Shown here: positions 11,101-20,117 of the stretch, piece after piece
Numbering within the stretch: position 1 is the stretch's first letter
Layout: every line of letters begins with the position of its first letter
IMG/VR virus record: IMGVR_UViG_3300044731_002410
Reading direction: 5' to 3' (one strand)
From: an uncultured virus (IMG/VR IMGVR_UViG_3300044731_002410)
Taxonomy: Duplodnaviria > Heunggongvirae > Uroviricota > Caudoviricetes
DNA: 64,000 bases
The notes under the pieces: model-generated
What the model was told of the DNA's origin: nothing
Seen by the model: the letters and a program-made list of their open reading frames with translations, nothing else
The model's database searches: none
Translations under genes and position numbers: made by a program

Positions 11101-11320
11101 TGAAATTCTTAAAAAGATTGCACAAGAATTGACAGAGGGGCTACGAAAGAACCTGACTGTTGACTGGGCAATACGCGAAAGCGTCAGGGCTAAGCTTCGA
11201 ATCATGATCAGAAGGATTTTGAAGAAATATCGCTACCCACCTGACCAACAGGAAAGTGCAGTCGATCTTGTGCTACAGCAAGCAGAGACGGTCGGAGAGG
11301 AGATGATGGTTAATGTTTAA
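8132..11320 (+). CDS. hsdR: Type I R-M restriction subunit R
   Basis: RPDIILFINGLPL..ELK nuclease motif, HTTGSGKS, DEAHR, FTGTP, DMWLTGFD, QAISRVNR. Confidence 0.95.
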   Translation: MTEDQLEQETLGWLASVGYSPLNARDLDRLDPRLERSDLRTVVLERELKQSLRQLNPKVPTVAIDDAFNQLLAVENLPLIQANRQLHRLLVNGVPVQYQSNHETVGDLVRVIDWDQPAANTWIAVQQFTIKGPKHTRRPDIILFINGLPLVLMELKNPADIAADIWMAFDQLQTYKEQIPDVFAYNELLVISDGSLARVGSLSSNRERFMQWRTIDGVELDPLGQFRELEVTVAGLLSPPNLLHYLRHFVLFEDDGIVIKKTAGYHQFHAVRAAVEKVFQASTTSENALRGKGGVVWHTTGSGKSITMTCFAACLLKDIRLENPTIIVVTDRNDLDGQLFGVFGMNQDLLREEPVQATTRTKLRELLTKRPAGGIIFTTIQKFMLGEDEDTYPTLCDRRNVVVIADEAHRTQYGFQARLKSRSATSVLTTDGKPPPALARFAPEESESTRYVAGYAQHLRDALPNATFVAFTGTPISTTDRDTQAVFGEHIHVYDMQQAQQDGATVAIYYESRLAKLGLDEAELTALDEDIDELAEDEEESAQAKLKQRWSALEKVVGAAPRIAQVAEDLVQHFEERSEVQYGKAMIAAMSREICVHLYNEIVKLRPQWHDDDPEKGEIKIVMTGSASDKALLRPHIYPSQTKKRLEKRFKDPGDPLKLVIVRDMWLTGFDAPCVHTLYVDKPIKGLNLIQAISRVNRVFKDKQGGLVVDYIGIGEDLKAAMKTYAANKGKGRPTVDSREALAIVLERMDILRAMLHGFDYTNFRTGGHRILAGAANHVLGLPSINDEDPKRRFADHALALSHAFSLCCTLAEARELRDEIAFMQAVKVILTKPAASGKRLSDEEKDYAVRQIINSAVVSIGVVDIFESVGLEKPNIGLLDEAFLTQVRNLPEKNLAVELLERLLQGEIKSRFKTNIIQDRKFSEMLSEVIRRYQNRSIETAQVIEELIELAKKFREASNRGESLGLSADEEKFYDALAANDSAVRELKDEILKKIAQELTEGLRKNLTVDWAIRESVRAKLRIMIRRILKKYRYPPDQQESAVDLVLQQAETVGEEMMVNV

Positions 11321-11513
11321 CTGCACACAGCTTAGCCAACATGCGAAGCATTAGGCGCTCTATCTGCGTTGCGTTTTTCACGCCTCTACGCTTTGAAAGG
11401 TTACTCAAGATGCGGCAACTAGCTCGAACCTGCCAACACCGCTGCGTCGTGGTTGATTCTAAAAAAGCAATCGGTTCCCTTTCACGGAAAAAAATGTACA
11501 AACAGCGCTAAAG

Positions 11514-12359
11514 ATGCCAAGAAATCGACATAACTTTACCAAGAGAGTCATTGACAGGATTGGGAAGCGCGCTGCTTTCATTTGTTCCAACCCTGACTGC
11601 AGAGCGCAAACTTTGGCACCATCGAATAGCGACCCTACGGAATTTTTGTATATTGGGAAGGTTGCTCATATATGCGCCGCATCTGCCGGCGGACCGCGCT
11701 ACAGGTCGGAAATGACGGAATCAGAGCGCAAGGGAATCGAGAATGCGCTATTTCTTTGTAGTGCGTGCGCAGACATAATCGATAAAAATAGTGGAGCAGA
11801 TTTTCCTGAAGAAATCCTCCACAATTGGAAAGCAGCGCATGAGAGCTGGGTCGCAATGAACCTAAACAAGCGCGGAACTGGTGTCGGTGGAGAAGGAGGT
11901 GGGGGAACAATAATTGGGAACCGCGGAACTGTGATCGGCGGTCGCGGTGGAAACGGAGGTGTGAGTGGTATCGGTGGTAGAGGGGGTGGCGGCATCATCC
12001 ATGGCGATGACGGACTAATTATCGGCGGAGATGGCGGCAGCGCATCAACGGCTGATGGACGTGGAGGACAAGGAGGACGCGGCCCAACTGAGCGATTAGG
12101 CTTCCCTTCAGAAATGTGGGGCTATGGTCGTGGCGGATCTGCCCCTAATCATCCAGAATACGACCGCCGAATTCATTTGCTGTCGCAAATCCGGAGAGAA
12201 TACTTAGATCGCTTCCCAAGCGATGCACCATACATACTAGCCGGGATCGAATCCGTTCCCGTTGACTGGGTCAACCAGCGACTAGCGGAATTATGCGAAC
12301 CATGGACTGTGACACGTGACAAATGTGGTTACGTATTGCCGGCTCTCGAAAGGCGATGA
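11514..12359 (+). CDS. HNH-like Zn-binding nuclease domain fused to a glycine-rich repeat region
   Basis: CSNPDC...AHICAASAGGPRY...NALFLCSAC followed by GGxGG repeats. Confidence 0.7.
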   Translation: MPRNRHNFTKRVIDRIGKRAAFICSNPDCRAQTLAPSNSDPTEFLYIGKVAHICAASAGGPRYRSEMTESERKGIENALFLCSACADIIDKNSGADFPEEILHNWKAAHESWVAMNLNKRGTGVGGEGGGGTIIGNRGTVIGGRGGNGGVSGIGGRGGGGIIHGDDGLIIGGDGGSASTADGRGGQGGRGPTERLGFPSEMWGYGRGGSAPNHPEYDRRIHLLSQIRREYLDRFPSDAPYILAGIESVPVDWVNQRLAELCEPWTVTRDKCGYVLPALERR

Positions 12360-12414
12360 GCTCGCTTTCGAAATGCAGTTGACCGCTATTTGCGTTGTCA
12401 GATTCGAACAGCCG

Positions 12415-15400
12415 CTACTTTCCAACCCCCCGATTCACCTCCCGCATCACTTCCTCAATTTGTTGATCGATGACCTTCACACGATCCTGCCAGCCGGGAT
12501 CAGCGCGCAATTGCTCTTCCCTCCTCAGTCGCCTTAGTTTACTGACGGCCGACTCAGCCTGATTGCCAAGCCCGATTTGATCAACAAGCGGCTCTTGCTT
12601 TCTAAAGCTTTCTGCGTCTTCGCCTGCTTTCATGCGCCCTTTGTATTCGTGCTCGATCTGATTCAAACGTTTGATGTTCTTGTAAAAGAGCTCGGACTCA
12701 GCCGATACGCCCTGCGTACTGCCATAAAGCCGCCCCAGTAACGGTATCTTGTACGCCGGTAGCTCATCGCCTGTGAAGGGTGCCGAAATCGTTTGAGCCA
12801 ACTTACTAATCTCGCGCCCTACGCCGCCTGTGAGCTGACCGATCACATAATCGATTTGATCAGGCGTTGGACTCCATGCGCCTGGCTGATAGGCTGTGCC
12901 GCCTGAGATTCGGTTTAGTGCTTCTGCGATAACCTTGGACCAAGGCGTGGCTGAGTCCTTTACGAGTGCGGTGCCTGGTTGTGGGTTAAGCGGGTTGTGG
13001 TTCTCACGGTAAATCGGCCTGCCCGTCCAGTCCTGGTTTTGTGCCAGAGCAACTGCCGGATCTGCAACGGTCGGTGTGACAACTTGCGAGATGCTTTGGG
13101 TGCCACCAAGCGGATTAAAAGCATCAAGTAATACTTGGAGCAGTTTGCCTAATTGCTTTGCCGGTGTGTGGTCTCTGCCACTAGCCATCATTTCAACCGA
13201 GAGCCTTCCGATATTGGGTAAGAAGTGAAAGCCTAAGGGCAAGGGAAGCGATAAGTACTCGGTTGTAGAGATTGGAATGATGAGATTCTTTTCTTTGACA
13301 AATTCTGGAATCTTCTCCCAGGCATCATCACCATCATCACCACCGCCCATAATCGCCATGGCAAGCAAGGTGTTCACAGCACCTAGCATCACCCCACCCA
13401 ACATGATCTTGCGACCAAGCGGGCCTTTGAGTGTTTGCGCCATACGCGCTGTGCCTTGGATTGAGGCGTTAAAGAAGGCATACAGTGCCCCGATCTCGCG
13501 CGATTGCCTGCCCTTACGATTAAAGTTAACCGTCAGGTTCTTAGCAAGGCTTGCAGCACGCTCTTGACTTAGTCCCGAGTTCAACGCCACATCGAAGGCT
13601 GAAAGACGCACGGCGTTTTCCATGGCTTCGTTATAGTCTGAGAGCCAATCAAGTACCGCATGAGCAGCTTTGCTTGCCGCCCCTCGATCAAGCGCTGCGA
13701 GTTCGCGAGCGAGAGCATCGGCACGTTCTTTGGCATCGGCAAAAAGATCGCGATAGCCTGTGGTGCCCCCTGCCGCTTGCAGTTGCTGCCAACGATTAGC
13801 CCAATGGGCTGCGGGTTGATCTTGCGAGGCTGATGACACACCTTCACGCTCGGTGCGATAAATCGCTTTGAGCGCAGGCCAAACGTTTGCTGCGACCTCT
13901 TTTTCCTTACCTGCTATCGCCGTCGTGCTGAGATTTAAAAGACCCGATTGCAGATCACGTGCAAAGTTAATGATTCCAAAGATCGGGTTGTATTGGGTGT
14001 TGATGGATGCAAACCAACGTGTGCCTTTTGCGATGAGGCTAATGGCTGCATGTAAATCACCCACATCTAAGTTTTTAATCGATTGTGCAAGTCTTAAAGC
14101 CTCGGGGTTTCGCTCATTAAACGTGATCGCTGCATCTTTGCCGCCAATGCGAAGCATCACCACATAGGGCAAGTTTCTATAGTTTGGATCCACTATCGTG
14201 CGAACAGTGTTCGTCATCGGATCAAGCACACGCGCAGTCGGCGGCTTATCCACGGCCCAAAGCGAGCTATCTGGGTTTTGCGCAGCCATTAAGTAGAGCT
14301 TTTTCGTGACCCGGTCTTTTTCACCGCGGGTGAGTGCCGTTTCGCGCTGCTGCGCGATATGACCCAGGATGTTGGTGACTTGCTCTTTGCTGCCCACACG
14401 TTGTCTTGCAGCAGCACCTTTCACACTAAAGCCAAGTCCTACAGCGTGTGCGGTGCTTGTGGGGTGTGCCTCATCGCGATGTAATGGCACGTAGTAGTCA
14501 TAGGCTTGGCGCCAGGCTGCAAGCGTTTCTGCATCCATGAGCCCATAGGCATCTAAAAGCGTCAGTGTTTTCTCATTGATGGCATCAACAAGTGCTGCGG
14601 CTGCCTCAAAGCTTGGAAGGCTCGCCTTATCAATGCCAGCAATGACTTGCGCCGCTTCAGCATCAGACATCCCAGAAAGCGCTAAGCGCTCTTCTTCGGT
14701 ACCTTTAAAGGCCTGTGCCATCGCCCAGCGCTGTTGGCGCTCGTAGGCATGCGCCAAGGATTCCTCTATCGCCTGGGCACTCGTACCCGAGCTTTTGGCT
14801 GCTTGTAAGGCGCGCTCAAGCGAAGCAACGTTGGCTGCGGCTTCTTCTCGATAGGCTTCAAGCTCGGCTTCTGAAGGGTTACGTTTAGCCATGGCGGCAT
14901 TGGCTTCGGGTGCATGCCGAGCGTGCAAGTAGCGCTCAAATTCTTTCAGAGCAATGCCTGCGTCATGCAAGCTTTGAAGTAATGGTTTTAGCTCATGGCT
15001 TAAAAACTGCTGCGTTCTGAAAGCGACCCGCTTGTGAAAGAGCTCTTCGCCCAAGTAAGCATCATTAAGATCGGTGATCACACCACCCAGCGCTTGGATC
15101 CGATCTCGGATGCGTTTTAGATCGATGTACTTATCTTGAAACTCATAAAGCAGTGCATCGATTGCTTGTGGGCTTATCAAGTTCGCCAGACGTGTCTTAA
15201 GCGCTTGCCAGCGATTGGGTAATTTTGGTGTTGGTGGGTTTGATCTTGGTGACTTTAGAACTGGTGTGTTCGGTTGATTCGGCTCAGGTGTTGACGTCTT
15301 TTCTTCCGAGTTGCCTTGCGGCTTTTTGCCACCCGAGCGATCTAAATCATTGAGCGTGGTGTTCGGAAAAGTAATCTCACTCGCTGAAAAGTCCATCAAC

Positions 15401-18400
15401 ATGCGAGACGATAAAAAGTACTCGCTCTCCCCGCTTGTCTTGGAGGGATCAAGAATCTGCTTGAGTGCTTTTAAAAGCGGTGCATCCGATGCAAGCCCTA
15501 AGATCCCCTTGACCTTCTCTATCATCTCAGAAAGCCACACAGCGATCTGCTTAAAGATACGGTCTTTTGCATCAAAGCGTCGTGCAAGGAGCGCTGAAGC
15601 GTTCACTGCCCAGTACTCAGACGGGTTGACGAGCTGATAGTGATCAGCATAGTTAAGCGGCCCATCAAGCATGGCAGCCTGTAATTGGGCATGCGCACTG
15701 CGATCACCGGCAAGTGCCAGAGGGACAAGCGAGAGTGCCTGGCGCTCTTCGCTACCAGCCACTTCAAGTGCTCGGGTGTAGGCTTGGGCCCACGCTTGTC
15801 TGATGCCCTCTTGCATCGCTTTGGGCATCATGCGTTCAGCGTGATGTAAGAGCTCATGCACCGCAGTCTCTCTTGCATCAGCGCCCTTAAAGAGCCGCAT
15901 GAGTTCTGCTGTCGGGTTGTATTGGCCTGCCGTGCCGTCCGATTTTGGCGTTTGAATGCTGATCGCAAGATTGGTTGCAAGCGCTGGGTTTTGATCAAGC
16001 GCCCAAAAGGCAAAAGCCACCGTTTCGGGTTCTAGATCACCTTGGCGTTGGGCGCGAATCAGTCGCTCACGTAATTGCTGCTCACCGCGCTGGCGCGGCT
16101 TAACAGCGCGCTTATTTGCCTTGGTCTGCACGACCGCATCAAGCTCACCTGCAAGCCGTCTGATCCTGACTTCAAAGTCTTGCGGACTTATCGATCCATC
16201 ATCAAGCTTGGTAATAAGACCTTGAAGACGTCTTGCCGCTTGCACTTTGGGGGTGGGCTTTTCTTCATACCCATCAAAAAGATGTCGCATGCGCCGCTCA
16301 AGTGCTTTTCTCGATAAGTCATTGACCGTGCCTTGATCGCGTGGCATGTGGCCTTGATTCACAGCACTGGTTCTTGATGCAACATCAATCACATCAAGCA
16401 AGCGAATATCGAGTCTTGCAAGTGCAGTGGCAAGATTCGACTGCCCATCAAAGTCAATCGCTGCATCGGGATTAGCAATGATGGCCGCACCCGCTCCTGC
16501 TTCGGATGCGGCATTGACCAAGCGATCAAAGCGCTGATCGATACGAAGCGAGTTTGCCTCTTCAGGTTTGATCGGTACAAAGGCTGACACACGCTGCTGG
16601 CTGTCGGTAAATAAAATACCTGGGGTATCGGGTGGTGCGATCGAGCGCATGATCGACATCGCACTATCAGGACTTGTAATCGCAGGCATCAATGCGTTTT
16701 GCCGAAGAATGGTGCGCTCAACAATCGGCACACTCACAGGTGTCTTACCTGTGATCAGTGCGCCTTCAAGCGGATTGCCTTTGTCATCAACCGCTTCAAA
16801 GCGGCCTTGATCGTTAGTGCCAGGTTCTACACCGATAGCAGCCACCCCTTGCCATTTCACGCTCGATGCATCAAAGGTAGAGCTGATTGCGCGACTGAGC
16901 TGTTGATCGGCTCGTGATAGCGTTGAGATACCACTTGGGTGATTGTGTACACCCCAAGCTTTTGCAGCGCCTTCTATTCGCAAGGCCTCGGCAAGTAGCG
17001 TGTTGGGATAAACCGATGCTTGATTAAAGGCCCCTTTAAAGCTTCCGATGACCGCAAGTGGCTTACCTACCTGATCAGTAATAAGCACATCAAAGTGTTC
17101 CACCGCATACTCACCAAGTGCTGCGAGTGCAGAGGCTGCATCGGTCCAGTTTTGAATGCGATCAACAGGCAAACTTCTTGTACCGACTTGCACGAGTTGA
17201 GAGCTGTAGTGATAAATGCCAGGCAAATAGGGGTCGGGGCGAAGACTAAGGCGGGGTTCAATGCTCGGGCGAGGTTCACCACTTTTCTCTGCGCCTGCTT
17301 GGGTCGATCCAGACTTTGGATCGTTATCGCTTCGTTTTGATGATCGCTTTACCCTGCCCTTAACTGCTACGGGCAAATCTTGCTGTCCACTCAATGAATC
17401 GGGAAAGAGATCTGCGGTGACGCTTTCAGGCGAGAGATCAAAACCTGCTAAGGCTTGGTTAGGCCCATCGGGTTGGTGCACCTTATAGACCGATTCTTCT
17501 TCTGATACACCAGGCTGATCTTCTGCCGGTTGCGTAATGCTTTGAAGGTTATCAAGTGCACTAGGTGCATCACCAAAAAAGCCAGGCTCAGGTTTGGTGT
17601 GCATCGCTTGACCCACAAAGGCTTTGAGCTTTGCAGCAGCTTTATCTTTGGCAACAGGTCTTGTTAGAAATTCACCTTGATAAAAGACTTTAACGAAGGC
17701 TTGCACCGACTCACTTGGGGGCTGGCCGGTTTGCAGATCAGGCTGGCGAAGTAATTCATAAAGCGATCGGCGCTCTTGCCTGGCACGCTTAATCAGTCCC
17801 ACCGCATCCATTAAATCCTTGGTGACATCTTGCTGGGGGTCAATCACACCAACGCGCGCTGAGTCCCGCATATTGGCCCACTGCCCTGCTACTTGCTTTA
17901 AGGCCTCACCAATCCCCTTGATATCGGTATCCATCGAATCGAAAAGCTCAGCGACCAAATCACTATCATCAAAGGCGGCTTGCGCAAGTGCTGCCTGAAT
18001 ACGTGTTCGGCCAGCAGGCGATAAGTGGCCTTGCGCTGTCATGAGGGTTGCAATGTCTTGACCAGAGCCCGCAAGTTTGCCCACAAAGGCGCGCACAAAG
18101 TCTCGGTTATCAGCACTTGATACATCACCTTCTTGATAGGCAGACAATACGCTTGAGTCCATCAACTGAGCATCTTGCCTTGCAAGTTCCACAGGCGACA
18201 TCCCCAGGCCCTGGCCTTGACTCTTTTGTGCCATGTTGGCGGTATTGCTCTGCTCGCTATAAACACGGACAAGCACGGGGTTCGGTGTCAGTGCAATCGC
18301 TGCGGGGTCAATCCCGTGATTGGCAGCATCGGAGACAAGCTCTGCTTGATAGATCGCAGCTTTGCCTTGCTCATAGGCACCACGCAAGCCTGCAACACGA

Positions 18401-19941
18401 CCATTATTTAGTGCTTTGAGTGTGCCTGGCTGCTCGGACGAAATGCGCGCATTCACCGAGCCATCAAGATTATGTGAGGCTTGCACGGCATCGGCTGAAA
18501 CGACGGCATACCGAAAAGGTACCCTTTGGCCATCAGCCATCACTGCGATATCGGATTTACCAAAGTGGTGCTCTGGAATCGCGCTTAGATCGTCGCCTTG
18601 AGCAAAGACCATCGGTGCACCAGAGTCAGGTGTGCGGCTTGGTCCTAAGCGCAGGTAATCGGGTGCTCTTGCGATCGATTGCATTTGAGCCACTGATGCA
18701 AGCCGCGATCGATCTCGATTTTGTAGATTGGAATCGGCGCTCGAAATTTGATCAGCTTGGCTTTGATCCGTTGTACGTTGATCAGCTGTACGTTGGTTAG
18801 CTGCACTTTGATCAGCGCTTAAAGCTACGGCATCACTTTCGATGACCTGACTTGGTAGAACGCTCTGATCATTGTTACGCGGCGTCTGATTGATCGGATC
18901 TTGTCGGCTTGCGTTAATTGAAGGGTTCTGCGGCTCGGCACTCGGTTGCGGTGCATTGACCGGTGCATAAGTTGGTTCAGCGTCTAGAGGCCTCTGATTA
19001 GCTTGCCTCACCGACCACAGCGCTTGCGGCACACTTTGCGATAAGCCTGCAGCCGATTCAAGCACGGCATCGTAAATATCAGGCTTACCGGTTGCGGCAA
19101 GCTCACCGAAGTACTCGCCCGTGCCCTCGCCTACGGTTTCAAGCGCAACACCGGTGCCAAGCTGAGCCGCACGCATTCCAATCCCAGGCGCCGATCGACC
19201 TGCAGCAGCGCTTGCTCGATTAAAGGTTTTTGCGAGCTTGCCGCCAAGCCCGAGTGTGGCTGCATCGATACCTGTAATCACACCGCCTTTGATGGCACCT
19301 TCTCGAAGTGCGTCAGAGCGTTCACTTTCTGTGAACCCATCAGCAGCTTTATCGATCGCTTTAGAGCCTGTTTCAAGGGCTGTATTGCCAAGAAACATGC
19401 CACCGAGAAAGCCAGCCGTACCAAGTACGGGGACTGCAATGGGTGCGAATGGGCCCGTTAGTGCGCCAAGTGCCGCACCGCCTTTAGCCCCTGCAATCCC
19501 AGTACCTAGCGAGACGGCAGTATTGGGTAGCTGACTTGCTAAAAACTGTGCACTGCCAGATTTGTTATCCAGCATGGCAGCGCCCACATTACGTATTGCT
19601 GAGAGCACGCCTGGCTCCGTATCAAGTGCTTTGCGTCTGGCAATCTCATCCATCAGAGCGCGCTGTGCCGAAGGCTGCTCAGTGACGGCGGCTCGGTCAA
19701 CGCCCGCCGTTTGCTCAACAGCGGCGCGATCATTTAAGGCGGTATCAAGCGATGCTGAAAGTGCTCGGCCCGTGCTCTTAGCACCTTGCCAAACCGCAGT
19801 CCCCAGATCGCTTACTTCGTCGGTAAAGCTGCGCGTCTTTGGCGCAATCGAAATGCCCGCTTCAGCGAAAAGATCCCGGCCCCCTTGCGCATCGCGGCGA
19901 GAAAGTGTGATTCCGGCTTCTTGAAAGAGATCGCGAGGCAT
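12415..19941 (-). CDS. Large polyvalent virion/ejection protein (ParB-like, JAB/RadC, zincin HExxH, C-terminal LPD38-like)
   Basis: LQNRDRSR...YAVVSAD...NNGR; HNHPSG..S..D; VHELLHH; NLTVNFNRKG..LYAFFNASIQG; NQDWTGRPIY. Confidence 0.8.
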   Translation of the reverse strand: MPRDLFQEAGITLSRRDAQGGRDLFAEAGISIAPKTRSFTDEVSDLGTAVWQGAKSTGRALSASLDTALNDRAAVEQTAGVDRAAVTEQPSAQRALMDEIARRKALDTEPGVLSAIRNVGAAMLDNKSGSAQFLASQLPNTAVSLGTGIAGAKGGAALGALTGPFAPIAVPVLGTAGFLGGMFLGNTALETGSKAIDKAADGFTESERSDALREGAIKGGVITGIDAATLGLGGKLAKTFNRASAAAGRSAPGIGMRAAQLGTGVALETVGEGTGEYFGELAATGKPDIYDAVLESAAGLSQSVPQALWSVRQANQRPLDAEPTYAPVNAPQPSAEPQNPSINASRQDPINQTPRNNDQSVLPSQVIESDAVALSADQSAANQRTADQRTTDQSQADQISSADSNLQNRDRSRLASVAQMQSIARAPDYLRLGPSRTPDSGAPMVFAQGDDLSAIPEHHFGKSDIAVMADGQRVPFRYAVVSADAVQASHNLDGSVNARISSEQPGTLKALNNGRVAGLRGAYEQGKAAIYQAELVSDAANHGIDPAAIALTPNPVLVRVYSEQSNTANMAQKSQGQGLGMSPVELARQDAQLMDSSVLSAYQEGDVSSADNRDFVRAFVGKLAGSGQDIATLMTAQGHLSPAGRTRIQAALAQAAFDDSDLVAELFDSMDTDIKGIGEALKQVAGQWANMRDSARVGVIDPQQDVTKDLMDAVGLIKRARQERRSLYELLRQPDLQTGQPPSESVQAFVKVFYQGEFLTRPVAKDKAAAKLKAFVGQAMHTKPEPGFFGDAPSALDNLQSITQPAEDQPGVSEEESVYKVHQPDGPNQALAGFDLSPESVTADLFPDSLSGQQDLPVAVKGRVKRSSKRSDNDPKSGSTQAGAEKSGEPRPSIEPRLSLRPDPYLPGIYHYSSQLVQVGTRSLPVDRIQNWTDAASALAALGEYAVEHFDVLITDQVGKPLAVIGSFKGAFNQASVYPNTLLAEALRIEGAAKAWGVHNHPSGISTLSRADQQLSRAISSTFDASSVKWQGVAAIGVEPGTNDQGRFEAVDDKGNPLEGALITGKTPVSVPIVERTILRQNALMPAITSPDSAMSIMRSIAPPDTPGILFTDSQQRVSAFVPIKPEEANSLRIDQRFDRLVNAASEAGAGAAIIANPDAAIDFDGQSNLATALARLDIRLLDVIDVASRTSAVNQGHMPRDQGTVNDLSRKALERRMRHLFDGYEEKPTPKVQAARRLQGLITKLDDGSISPQDFEVRIRRLAGELDAVVQTKANKRAVKPRQRGEQQLRERLIRAQRQGDLEPETVAFAFWALDQNPALATNLAISIQTPKSDGTAGQYNPTAELMRLFKGADARETAVHELLHHAERMMPKAMQEGIRQAWAQAYTRALEVAGSEERQALSLVPLALAGDRSAHAQLQAAMLDGPLNYADHYQLVNPSEYWAVNASALLARRFDAKDRIFKQIAVWLSEMIEKVKGILGLASDAPLLKALKQILDPSKTSGESEYFLSSRMLMDFSASEITFPNTTLNDLDRSGGKKPQGNSEEKTSTPEPNQPNTPVLKSPRSNPPTPKLPNRWQALKTRLANLISPQAIDALLYEFQDKYIDLKRIRDRIQALGGVITDLNDAYLGEELFHKRVAFRTQQFLSHELKPLLQSLHDAGIALKEFERYLHARHAPEANAAMAKRNPSEAELEAYREEAAANVASLERALQAAKSSGTSAQAIEESLAHAYERQQRWAMAQAFKGTEEERLALSGMSDAEAAQVIAGIDKASLPSFEAAAALVDAINEKTLTLLDAYGLMDAETLAAWRQAYDYYVPLHRDEAHPTSTAHAVGLGFSVKGAAARQRVGSKEQVTNILGHIAQQRETALTRGEKDRVTKKLYLMAAQNPDSSLWAVDKPPTARVLDPMTNTVRTIVDPNYRNLPYVVMLRIGGKDAAITFNERNPEALRLAQSIKNLDVGDLHAAISLIAKGTRWFASINTQYNPIFGIINFARDLQSGLLNLSTTAIAGKEKEVAANVWPALKAIYRTEREGVSSASQDQPAAHWANRWQQLQAAGGTTGYRDLFADAKERADALARELAALDRGAASKAAHAVLDWLSDYNEAMENAVRLSAFDVALNSGLSQERAASLAKNLTVNFNRKGRQSREIGALYAFFNASIQGTARMAQTLKGPLGRKIMLGGVMLGAVNTLLAMAIMGGGDDGDDAWEKIPEFVKEKNLIIPISTTEYLSLPLPLGFHFLPNIGRLSVEMMASGRDHTPAKQLGKLLQVLLDAFNPLGGTQSISQVVTPTVADPAVALAQNQDWTGRPIYRENHNPLNPQPGTALVKDSATPWSKVIAEALNRISGGTAYQPGAWSPTPDQIDYVIGQLTGGVGREISKLAQTISAPFTGDELPAYKIPLLGRLYGSTQGVSAESELFYKNIKRLNQIEHEYKGRMKAGEDAESFRKQEPLVDQIGLGNQAESAVSKLRRLRREEQLRADPGWQDRVKVIDQQIEEVMREVNRGVGK

Positions 19942-19972
19942 AGCGTTGGTCTAGACCGAGAGGTCTTAGGTA

Positions 19973-19984
19973 TGCCATGCTTGG
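19973..19984 (-). promoter_or_regulatory. Phage 12-bp motif CCAAGCATGGCA, copy 1
   Basis: Exact copy ~30 bp upstream of the 2508-aa gene start. Confidence 0.7.
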
Positions 19985-20117
19985 GCTTACCGATCGAGGA
20001 TCATTCGATTTGCAACTTGCTTAATTATTCATATGTTTATGCCAAGTTACGATTGTCAGATCAGACCGACCGTAGGATCATCGGCATATAGGAATCACAC
20101 CTTCATGGGAGAACAGC

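Noticed and set aside
13277..19924. Numerous plus-strand ORFs antisense to the 2508-aa gene (and similar shadows elsewhere)
   Set aside because: Shadow ORFs of long coding frames with no motifs or RBS support
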